From the NCBI GenBank assembly GCA_030141605.1, contig JAQGDQ010002385.1:228838-292837 (forward strand): a stretch of DNA of 64,000 nt, given 5' to 3'. The DNA is from Tubiluchus corallicola (lineage: Eukaryota; Animalia; Priapulida). The position numbers and the translations under genes were made by a program. Shown piece after piece: positions 19,864 to 28,605 of the stretch. The notes beneath the pieces were generated by a model that did no database searches, had not been told where the DNA came from, and was given only the letters and a program-made list of their open reading frames with translations. How positions within the stretch are numbered: the first letter of the stretch is position 1; each line of letters begins with the position of its first letter.

Positions 19864-20001
19864 TTAAAGAAAATCACTATCCGATAAAGTAATGACGATT
19901 TCCTCCTGATGAGGAGCAATATCCCAAAATACCACATACGTGAAACTCGCTCCCAGTATAAGAAAAAAACACATAAAAAAGAAATAAAAAAGCCCTTTCA
20001 T
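19864..20001 (-). CDS. Small single-pass membrane protein (45 aa) upstream of xerD
   Basis: Below the ORF-track cutoff. Hand translation: MKGLFYFFFMCFFLILGASFTYVVFWDIAPHQEEIVITLSDSDFL. TM helix followed by WDI-x-P; I recall a similar small gene at this position in other Alphaproteobacteria. Confidence 0.75.
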   Translation of the reverse strand: MKGLFYFFFMCFFLILGASFTYVVFWDIAPHQEEIVITLSDSDFL

Positions 20002-20238
20002 AGCCCTGTATAACCCCTTTTAAATTCGCCAATAAACAATATGGCTTGCTATTGCATCCTAAATAATTATTCACTCTAAACAATTACTAACTTACTGTAA
20101 TTTATATAAAACTGTAAAGTAAAAGTTTAAAAAGTAAGTTTTCTTTTTTCTTAAAATATAGTATATACTAACTCAATATTAAAACTTTATGAAAAAATTT
20201 TTCTTTCCAGTAAGAAACTAAGAATAATAAAAACGATA

Positions 20239-20784
20239 ATGAAACAAAGGCAAAAATCATGGATCTTTCTCGTCGGGATGGCCGGATGCGGAAAAAGCCA
20301 TATAGGATATACACTCGCACAATATCTCAACAAACCTTTCCTTGATCTTGATAAAGAAATAGAGAAAACAATTAACCTCTCAGTTCCTGAAATTTTTACA
20401 CAATATGGAGAAACTTTCTTCCGCCATAAAGAAGAGATCACCTTTCAGCAGCTCTTGCAAAAACACCCCTCTTCTATCTTAGCGACAGGCGGTGGAGCCT
20501 TCATGAACGGCACCATCCGAAAAACAATGAAAGTTCATGGCCTCTCTATATGGCTGAAAACACCTCTGAAAATTATCTATAAAAGAATTGTAGAAGCAAA
20601 AAATACACGTCCTCTCTTCAAAAATAAAAATGTAAAAGAAGAATTGGTCAAAACTGCTAAAAAGCGATATCCTATCTATAGTCTCGCTGGTATCCATATC
20701 GCGCCTAGGGAAAAAAGCCTTCACGATACCACGGTATTGATCGCGAAAATACTAGAAGAAAAAGAAAAACATTATGACAAATGA
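20239..20784 (+). CDS. aroK: Shikimate kinase
   Basis: LVGMAGCGKS P-loop, GETFFR, ATGGG and RPL motifs; overlaps aroB. Confidence 0.95.
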   Translation: MKQRQKSWIFLVGMAGCGKSHIGYTLAQYLNKPFLDLDKEIEKTINLSVPEIFTQYGETFFRHKEEITFQQLLQKHPSSILATGGGAFMNGTIRKTMKVHGLSIWLKTPLKIIYKRIVEAKNTRPLFKNKNVKEELVKTAKKRYPIYSLAGIHIAPREKSLHDTTVLIAKILEEKEKHYDK

Positions 20785-21922
20785 TTTTGAAAATACCATC
20801 ACTCCATCCCTACAAAATGGGCAAAAACTTCAAATCAAACATAATGATACACAAAGCGATATCTTTATCAAACCCAATATTATAACCCAATTACATACCT
20901 TTTTGGAAAACAAACTCACAAACCGAAAAGTCATCATTGTCACAGATGAAAATACCGCGCCCCTCTATTTAAAAAGCGTCACTGACACTCTCCAAAAATG
21001 CACCAGCAAGCTAACAAACATCACTATTCCTTCAGGCGAAAGCAGTAAAAGTTTTCAACAGCTTGAAACACTCTGCGAGACTATTCTGAAATCCGGTATT
21101 GATCGAACCTCTGTCTTAATAGCTCTCGGTGGCGGTGTTATCGGCGATCTGACCGGATTTACCGCCTCTATTCTTCTGCGTGGACTCCCCGTCATCCAAA
21201 TACCAACAACTCTTCTCGCGCAAGTCGATAGCTCAGTTGGAGGAAAAACCGGCATTAATTCACAAAGCGGTAAAAATCTTATCGGCTCTTTCCATCAGCC
21301 TCGATTCGTTTTTATTGACCCTCAAACACTCAAGACGCTTCCCAAACGGCACTATATCGCCGGCTATGCGGAAGTCATCAAATACGCTCTTATCAATAAT
21401 AAGGGCTTCTTTACATGGCTTGATCAAAATATCGACCAGACCCTTAAACAAAATGACCAAATTCTCACAAAATTCATTACTGAAAGCTGCAAAACAAAAG
21501 TCGATATCGTCAAAAATGATACCCTTGAAAAAGGAGAGCGCGCCCTTCTCAATCTTGGACATACCTTCGGGCATGTGCTTGAAAAACTCTGTAACTACAG
21601 TGATCAACTCCTTCATGGCGAAGCTGTCTCAATTGGCATGGCAATGGCGTTTGAATTCTCTACAAGCCTTAGTCTCTGCCCACCAGAAGAAACGCAAAAA
21701 ATAAAACAACATCTTAACGCGATCGGTCTGCCAACAACAATCAGCGCTATACAAAAAAAAGAATGGAACGCTGAAATCTTCATAAATATGATGCATAACG
21801 ATAAAAAAGTTCATCATGGAAAATTACGACTTATTCTAACACGTGGAATCGGTGATAGCTTTATCGAGAATAATGTTGAATACGAAAAATTATACCTTTA
21901 TTTAAGTAACTATCTTGTATAA
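20774..21922 (+). CDS. aroB: 3-dehydroquinate synthase
   Basis: ALGGGVIGDL, PTTLLAQVDSSVGGKTG, LNLGHTFGH and HGEAV motifs. Confidence 0.97.
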   Translation: MTNDFENTITPSLQNGQKLQIKHNDTQSDIFIKPNIITQLHTFLENKLTNRKVIIVTDENTAPLYLKSVTDTLQKCTSKLTNITIPSGESSKSFQQLETLCETILKSGIDRTSVLIALGGGVIGDLTGFTASILLRGLPVIQIPTTLLAQVDSSVGGKTGINSQSGKNLIGSFHQPRFVFIDPQTLKTLPKRHYIAGYAEVIKYALINNKGFFTWLDQNIDQTLKQNDQILTKFITESCKTKVDIVKNDTLEKGERALLNLGHTFGHVLEKLCNYSDQLLHGEAVSIGMAMAFEFSTSLSLCPPEETQKIKQHLNAIGLPTTISAIQKKEWNAEIFINMMHNDKKVHHGKLRLILTRGIGDSFIENNVEYEKLYLYLSNYLV

Positions 21923-22020
21923 GTTGAAAGTATAAATATTTAAAATAATTAACTATAATGAATTAATCAAAAGGAGGAAAAGCAGACGTATATACGCGCT
22001 TCTGCAACAAACAGATCGCT

Positions 22021-22632
22021 ATGGAAAATAATTTCAATATCTTAAATCTAACATGGATCAACCAACCACAATCCTACTGCCTGACAAACAATACAATCAC
22101 TATAACCACAGAGCCAGAAACAGACCTGTGGCAAAAAACCTACTACGGGTTTATCAACGATAACGCCCCCATGGCAACCCTTCGATTGGAAAACGACTTT
22201 ACCTTCAGCGTCAAAACATCGTTCATTCCTCAAAAAACATACGATCAATGTGGAATTATTCTCTATCAAAATTCTGAAAATTGGTTCAAAGCCTCCATAG
22301 AATATGAAAATAAAACCTTCTCAAGACTCGGAAGTGTCTTGACAAGCTTCGGATACTCTGACTGGGCAAGCGTCGATATCCCTACAAAGATAACCACAGA
22401 CCCTCTATGGTATCGCCTCTCTAAAAGAGAGCGGGACTTTCTTTGCGAAACATCTGAAAATGGCGAGGATTTCAAGCAAATGAGGCTCTTTCACCTGCAT
22501 GAAGCGACACAGCCCACCGTCAACATCGGGCTGTATGCCTGCAGCCCTTTAGAATCAACCTTTCAGGCAGAGTTTTCTAACTTTCGACTCTCTGAATCTA
22601 TATGGAAACCTTATAAAACTTCCGAAAAATAA
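22021..22632 (+). CDS. DUF1349 family protein (concanavalin A-like fold)
   Basis: TDLWQKTYYGF.NDNAP, YDQCG, WFKASIEY, GYSDW and GLYACSP motifs. Confidence 0.85.
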   Translation: MENNFNILNLTWINQPQSYCLTNNTITITTEPETDLWQKTYYGFINDNAPMATLRLENDFTFSVKTSFIPQKTYDQCGIILYQNSENWFKASIEYENKTFSRLGSVLTSFGYSDWASVDIPTKITTDPLWYRLSKRERDFLCETSENGEDFKQMRLFHLHEATQPTVNIGLYACSPLESTFQAEFSNFRLSESIWKPYKTSEK

Positions 22633-22682
22633 CTTTCACCCTCTTTGATAATCTTTAGTTTAAGAAAAAGTACCGCAAGACA

Positions 22683-23987
22683 ATGATATATATTCTTATT
22701 TCTATTTTCTTCCTTCTTATTCTTTCCGCTTTCTTCTCTGGCTCGGAAACAGCTCTCACCGGCGCTTCACAAGCTGTCACACATCGCGCTGCAAAGAAAG
22801 GAGATACCAAAGGAATCGCTGTTGAATATCTTCTTCAGCGAAAAGAAAAACTTCTCACAACAATCCTTCTGGGCAATAATCTTGTTAATATATTGGCCTC
22901 TTCCCTTGCGACAAGCCTTCTGATACATCTTTTTGGCGATACCGGAGTGATATGGGCCACCCTCTCCATGACAACACTTGTTCTTATTTTCGCTGAAATT
23001 CTCCCGAAAACACTCGTTCTAACAAACACAAGCCGCGCTGCTTTCGCAGTCGCGCCTCTTCTGAAAGTCGCCTACTGGATATTATATCCTATTACGATTG
23101 TCCTTCTTTCAACCGTTAAAATCATATGCAAAACATGTGGTACAACACTCGATATCCCCAATACCCTTGGGCATAATAGCGAAGAAGAGCTTCGCGGCGC
23201 TATTGATCTCCATCAAAGTTCTAAAAACAATGACGAAGATACCCTTCGAAACGAAAAAGCAATGCTCCATAGCGTTTTGGATCTTGATGATGTTACCGTC
23301 GGGGAAATTATGGTCCATAGACGAAATGTAGAGCTCATCAACGCGGACCATTCTCCGCAGGATATTCTCAAACAAGTCATAAAAAGCCCCTATACACGCT
23401 TCCCTGTATACCAAAACAGCCCTGAAAACATCATTGGGCTTCTTCATGCAAAAAAGCTTCTGAAGGCTGTTAGCAAAAAAGTCTACAAAGATAAACCCTT
23501 TGAGACAAGTATTCTCAACCTTACAAAAAAACCATGGTTTATACCCGAGTCAACAACACTTCTCGCCCAACTTGAGGCTTTCAGAACAAGGCGGGAACAT
23601 TTCTCTCTTGTCGTTAATGAGTATGGAAGCCTGATGGGAATCGTTACACTTGAAGATATTCTCGAGGAAATTGTCGGCGATATCTCTGACGAATATGATA
23701 CAGCCGTCGCACGAGCCATACGCCCTCAAAGCGATGGAAGCTATATCGTCAAAGGAGACGTAACAATACGCGAACTCAATAGAGCTTTAAACTGGGATAT
23801 TCCCGATGAAGAAGCCGCAACAATCGCCGGGCTTATTCTTTATGAGACAAGACGAATTCCTAAACTAAAACAATCTTTCCTCTTTCATGGATTCAAAATG
23901 CAAATTACTAAGCTGCAAAGGCATCGTATTGCTCTTGTTAAAATAACACCCATCAATACACTTGAAAATAAGCAAACCGAAAAATAA
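22683..23987 (+). CDS. HlyC/CorC (CNNM) family transporter
   Basis: SAFFSGSETAL, LLGNNLVN, FAEILPK, CBS pair (GIVTLEDILEEIVG) and CorC domain. Confidence 0.95.
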   Translation: MIYILISIFFLLILSAFFSGSETALTGASQAVTHRAAKKGDTKGIAVEYLLQRKEKLLTTILLGNNLVNILASSLATSLLIHLFGDTGVIWATLSMTTLVLIFAEILPKTLVLTNTSRAAFAVAPLLKVAYWILYPITIVLLSTVKIICKTCGTTLDIPNTLGHNSEEELRGAIDLHQSSKNNDEDTLRNEKAMLHSVLDLDDVTVGEIMVHRRNVELINADHSPQDILKQVIKSPYTRFPVYQNSPENIIGLLHAKKLLKAVSKKVYKDKPFETSILNLTKKPWFIPESTTLLAQLEAFRTRREHFSLVVNEYGSLMGIVTLEDILEEIVGDISDEYDTAVARAIRPQSDGSYIVKGDVTIRELNRALNWDIPDEEAATIAGLILYETRRIPKLKQSFLFHGFKMQITKLQRHRIALVKITPINTLENKQTEK

Positions 23988-24076
23988 AATTTTCTAAAGG
24001 CAATCCTATTTCATAAAAATATACCCATATTTTTTAAAGTAAACATAAATAATAAAGATAAATGAGAGGGCCAACA

Positions 24077-24514
24077 ATGAAGCGTACAATTATACCCCAT
24101 GTCATCAATAGACAAAAGCTCTGCCTAATTAGCGAAAATCTCTCTGTACATGACGCTGTAGTATCTATGTCAAAAGGAAATTGCAGCGCCCTTATTATTG
24201 TCAATCAGGAAGAAAGTCCTGTCGGTATCATTACAGAGCGCGATATTGTTCGAAAAATCATTATACAAAAGCATGATATCCATACCACAACCGTTAAAGA
24301 AATTATGACCGAAAATCCTAAGAGTATTCTTCCTGAGCAAACTGTACAAGACGCTCTCAACATTATGCAGAAAATGAAGATCAGGCACCTTCCTGTTGTA
24401 CAAAATAATCGCGCTATCGGTCTTGTGTCTATACAAGATCTTTATAGTGCTGTCAACTCTACCTTAAGCGAAGAGCTGAAAGAAACAGAAGATTATTTCC
24501 TTAAAAACCTTTAA
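24077..24514 (+). CDS. CBS domain pair protein
   Basis: GIITERDI, VKEIMT and IRHLPV..GLVSI motifs. Start 24077 (after GAGAGGG) or 24062. Confidence 0.9.
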   Translation: MKRTIIPHVINRQKLCLISENLSVHDAVVSMSKGNCSALIIVNQEESPVGIITERDIVRKIIIQKHDIHTTTVKEIMTENPKSILPEQTVQDALNIMQKMKIRHLPVVQNNRAIGLVSIQDLYSAVNSTLSEELKETEDYFLKNL

Positions 24515-24673
24515 ATCAAAGGCGCGTCATTTTAGATATAGACTTTTTTAGTTTTAATTCTATATTTATACTTGATATAATAAATAAAAGAAAAATCTTC
24601 TGGTTTATACGCACAAAAAATCATTGCTGTACTCTATACTCGGTGCTCTATTTTAAGCAATATAATTTAAGCT

Positions 24674-25279
24674 ATGGTAAAAAGACTATCAAAATATAAA
24701 TGGCAATGGCGCCAAGACTTACAGATGCCATACGGGCAACAAATACCTAAAACAAAAAAATGTTCCTGGCCAAACTGCCAAAAAAACGCCATACATAGAG
24801 CTCCAATATCTCGAGACAGGCTCCATCAATGGCACTGGTTCTGCACAGAGCATATTACGCTCTATAATAATCAATGGAACTATTTTGACGGCATGTCTCA
24901 TAACGAGATCGAAACGATGATTGAAAGCGATATAACAGGCGCAAGAAAAACATGGCCTTTCGGCGTTAGAAAAAATAGCCAGCATTTAAAATATGAGGAA
25001 ATTCTCCAAGTCGCAAAAAACTTCCGAGATTTCTCGCAAAACCACCATAAAAGCACACGCTCTATAAACCATTTCAATCCGCTAACAGAAAAAGAAAAAA
25101 ATGCTCTGGCAATTATGGATCTGGAAATGCCCATTACAATAGAAATGCTCCAAAAACGATACTATAGCCTTGCGCGAAAATATCATCCGGACCTCAATAA
25201 AAACCAACCGCTCGCTGAGGAAATGCTTAAAAAAATCAACCGCTCATACGAAGATCTTAAAAAAATGCTCTCCCATTAA
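24674..25279 (+). CDS. J-domain protein with N-terminal Cys/His (zinc-finger-like) region
   Basis: CSWPNC..HRAP..WFCTEH..YN..WNYFDGMS plus a C-terminal J domain with KYHPD. Start may be a later Met. Confidence 0.88.
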   Translation: MVKRLSKYKWQWRQDLQMPYGQQIPKTKKCSWPNCQKNAIHRAPISRDRLHQWHWFCTEHITLYNNQWNYFDGMSHNEIETMIESDITGARKTWPFGVRKNSQHLKYEEILQVAKNFRDFSQNHHKSTRSINHFNPLTEKEKNALAIMDLEMPITIEMLQKRYYSLARKYHPDLNKNQPLAEEMLKKINRSYEDLKKMLSH

Positions 25280-25300
25280 TCACCTGCCTAACGCAAGCTA

Positions 25301-26236
25301 TCATTTATTTTCCATCATATTTTGAACCTGGCGCAAATAAGAACCAGCAGGATCATAAACAGACTCAAAACAATAAAAATCTTTCATCTGATGGCGAATC
25401 CAGGTCATCTGACGCTTAGCGTAGCGACGTGTCGATACACATGCCTTATAAACTGCCTCATCAAACGTGATAGCGCCCTGAAGATATAAAATAAGCTCTC
25501 GAATACCCACAGCTTTCATAATCGGCAAATCAGGCGATAAATTTAAAGCCAGCAACGCCTTAACTTCTTCTAGAGCTCCCTCTTGCAACATCTTTAAAAA
25601 CCGTTCCTCACATCGCGCGTATACAATAGAGCGGCAAGGAAAAAAAGCAAGCTTCAAAAATTGAATCTCTTCTGAAAACCTCTTCACTGGTTTTTGAGAC
25701 TGCCAAAAAGATAACGGTTTTCCAGTCGCGTGATACACTTCCCAAAACCGAATAAGACGCTGCCGATCCAAAAAGGGGCCTGAAACAGACGGATCAAAAG
25801 AAGACACCTCTCTATAAAACGCTTCTTTTCCTAAAAAACAAAACCGATCCTCCGCCTTTTTGCGAATAGAAACAGGGATATCCGGAATAAATGGCAAGCC
25901 CTCTATAAGAGCTCGAAGGTAAAATCCTGTCCCACCAACTATAACAGGGCAATTTCCCTCTATGAAAATATTCTCAATTTCCGCTCCAGCCAAAGATAGC
26001 CAATGCCCCGCTGAGCAAGAATCCCACGGATCCAATACGCCAAAAAGCCGATGCGAAACACGCGCCCTGTCCTCAGAAGAGGGAGACGCTGTTATTCGTT
26101 CAACAGAGCGATAAACCTGCATACTATCCGCATTCACTATCACACCAGAAAAACGAGACGCAAAATCAAGCGCAAACGCTGACTTTCCACTCGCTGTTGG
26201 GCCCGCTATTACCACACAACAACGCTTACTCTTCAT
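25301..26236 (-). CDS. miaA: tRNA dimethylallyltransferase
   Basis: GPTASGKS, NADSMQVY, VGGTGFY and RRYAKRQMTW motifs. Confidence 0.97.
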   Translation of the reverse strand: MKSKRCCVVIAGPTASGKSAFALDFASRFSGVIVNADSMQVYRSVERITASPSSEDRARVSHRLFGVLDPWDSCSAGHWLSLAGAEIENIFIEGNCPVIVGGTGFYLRALIEGLPFIPDIPVSIRKKAEDRFCFLGKEAFYREVSSFDPSVSGPFLDRQRLIRFWEVYHATGKPLSFWQSQKPVKRFSEEIQFLKLAFFPCRSIVYARCEERFLKMLQEGALEEVKALLALNLSPDLPIMKAVGIRELILYLQGAITFDEAVYKACVSTRRYAKRQMTWIRHQMKDFYCFESVYDPAGSYLRQVQNMMENK

Positions 26237-26332
26237 CCTTATCTTTCTTTACTCATCACATTTAACAATTACGTGATACTCACAAACTTGTCTCTATGCC
26301 TCTTTCTTGTAGTCACTCTCATAGTAGATTCA

Positions 26333-27166
26333 TCACGATAAATAAAAAGAATCCGCGCAAGATAAGCGCCAAGCTTTCAGAAATTCCCGAAAATGCTCCT
26401 TATCCAACTTTCGGCTCTCCAGAAGGCTTAAAGTATCTTCTATAGCAATATTATAAGCCTCCCTCTCCAGTACACCAATATGCAACGCCCAACGCAGATA
26501 AACAAGCCAGCTATTTAAAACATCCGTCTCACAATAATTCCTGATTGAGCCGATCTCTCCTGCAGCGTACAAATCCATAACTTTCGAGCCATCAAGACCA
26601 AATTTCCCTGGCAATCCCCAAGCGCTACAGACTTCATCCATCCGAATACGAGCTGACGCCCCATAATCCGACAGCACTTCCAGCAAATCACAATGCCACT
26701 GAGGCGCGTAACGGCTTCCATAGCTTTCCCATTTTGTTCCACCAGAATTAAAAAAAGGAGACGATACCCCATACTTCATCGCGCGATACTTCAAAACAGG
26801 AAGATCAAAAGAACGACCATTAAACGAAACTAAACGAGGCCGCTCACGCTCTAAATGCTGAAAAAACCCTGCTATCAACTCTTGCTCTTCCATCTCTTCA
26901 TGCCCTCCAGAACGGCAATCTGACAGATGAAACGATTCATTCGCGCCAAAACGATCAATTTCCGCCTCTAGAAAACTGATCGCAACAACACGATGAAATG
27001 GCTGGCGCAGAAAACTGTTCCTACCATCCGTTATGTCTAAATGATATGCTTCCATCGCATCTCGCGCTTCAAAAATATCGTCATAGGACTCTCCTAAAAG
27101 AGCCTCTGCGCTCCCTATATCAGGTACTGTCTCTATATCAAAAACAAAAAGTTTATTATGTTGCAT
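26333..27166 (-). CDS. 3'-5' exonuclease related to the PolB proofreading domain
   Basis: VFDIETVPD (Exo I), SFNGRSFDLP (Exo II) and YCETDV (Exo III). Confidence 0.9.
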   Translation of the reverse strand: MQHNKLFVFDIETVPDIGSAEALLGESYDDIFEARDAMEAYHLDITDGRNSFLRQPFHRVVAISFLEAEIDRFGANESFHLSDCRSGGHEEMEEQELIAGFFQHLERERPRLVSFNGRSFDLPVLKYRAMKYGVSSPFFNSGGTKWESYGSRYAPQWHCDLLEVLSDYGASARIRMDEVCSAWGLPGKFGLDGSKVMDLYAAGEIGSIRNYCETDVLNSWLVYLRWALHIGVLEREAYNIAIEDTLSLLESRKLDKEHFREFLKAWRLSCADSFYLS

Positions 27167-27353
27167 AAATCCTCATTTTCCGTAAATCTTACCCTTGTTT
27201 TGCCTTGAGAATTGTTGTTTCGGTCATTTAAGCGAAAAACAATTTGACATAGTTGCATTTTTATATATTTATTCCTATACTTTACCTAAGCCTATTGTAA
27301 ATTTATAACGACTTTTTTAGTGTAGCAAAAAAACTCTATAGGAGCATAAAAAT

Positions 27354-27692
27354 ATGAAAAATATTATGAACCTCATGCAAAAAGCACAGGAAATGCAAAA
27401 ACGCGCCGAGGATATACAACAAGAGCTGGAGACAATTGATGTCACTGGAGAAAGTGGTGGCGGCTTGGTCTCTGTTTCTATAACAGCAAAGGGTGACGCT
27501 AAAAAAGTGACCATTGCTCCTGAAATATTTCAAGATTACAATGCTGAGATTCTTGAGGACCTCATTGTGACAGCCTTCAATAACGCTAAAGAGAAAGCCG
27601 AAAATATCCGACAAGAAAAATTACAACAACTTTCTTCTGGAGTTTCTTTACCCGAGGGGTTGAATCTTCCCTTTAAGTTCCCTACATTATAA
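27354..27692 (+). CDS. ybaB: YbaB/EbfC nucleoid-associated protein
   Basis: MQKAQEMQ, GESGGGLV and LEDLIVTAFN motifs; upstream of recR. Confidence 0.95.
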   Translation: MKNIMNLMQKAQEMQKRAEDIQQELETIDVTGESGGGLVSVSITAKGDAKKVTIAPEIFQDYNAEILEDLIVTAFNNAKEKAENIRQEKLQQLSSGVSLPEGLNLPFKFPTL

Positions 27693-27788
27693 AATGTTCG
27701 TTTATTTATAAAACTTGCTTTTATAACAATAAGTAATATATCCCGCATACATTAGTGAATATTTTATTTTAGAGCCTTAAAACCCCTT

Positions 27789-28391
27789 ATGAACAAGACA
27801 CAAAACCCTCTAGAAATTCTTATACAGAGATTTGCACGGTTGCCCGGACTGGGACCAAAATCAGCGCAACGCATTGTACTGAGCCTTGTCCGTAAGCAGG
27901 AAACGACCCTAAAACCTCTTATTCACGCTATGGAAGAAGTCAAAAATAATATTCACACTTGTTCTATATGCGGGAATATCGATCTGCAAACACCCTGTAG
28001 TATCTGTACCAATCCATCTCGCAATCAAGACATTATTTGCGTAATTGAAGACATAGGAAGCCTCTGGGCTCTAGAAAAAACAGCTTACTTTAAAGGTGTA
28101 TACCATACGCTCGGTGGAACTCTTTCCGCTATTGACGGAAACGGTCCCGAGCAATTAAAAATCCCACAGTTGCTGGAGCGAATTCAAAAACAGCCTATAG
28201 CTGAAATCATTCTCGCAACAAGCGCAACTGTTGAAGGACAAACAACTGCCCATTATATCGCTAGTCAAATTGAATCTCTTAAAATACCCGTTTCAATTCT
28301 AGCAAAGGGAGTCCCTATGGGAGGAGAATTAGATTATCTGGATGAAGGAACACTAACAACAGCGTTTCAAACCCGCCGCCCCTACTTTTAA
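27789..28391 (+). CDS. recR: Recombination mediator RecR
   Basis: LPGLGPKSA HhH, CSICGN..PCSIC zinc finger, and Toprim region with GGELDYLD. Confidence 0.97.
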   Translation: MNKTQNPLEILIQRFARLPGLGPKSAQRIVLSLVRKQETTLKPLIHAMEEVKNNIHTCSICGNIDLQTPCSICTNPSRNQDIICVIEDIGSLWALEKTAYFKGVYHTLGGTLSAIDGNGPEQLKIPQLLERIQKQPIAEIILATSATVEGQTTAHYIASQIESLKIPVSILAKGVPMGGELDYLDEGTLTTAFQTRRPYF

Positions 28392-28605
28392 TTTACAAAA
28401 AAAATTGTTTTTATGCTTAAAGTCTGCTAAAAGTGGTCTCTTAAATACTTTATAATAACCACTCTAGTATCGATAGTGTATAACTGGGCTATAATTTAAA
28501 TAATTTTAATATGATTTGAAAGTTTGTTTTTAATAAAATCTTTTCTCTGCAATAAATATAAAATTTTCTATAATTTAAAATCTTTACAAAGGAAATTTAG
28601 TAACA

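Noticed and set aside
19877-20083. 68-aa minus-strand ORF from the track
   Set aside because: Wrong frame; the 45-aa ATG-initiated TM protein at 19864-20001 is the more credible gene.
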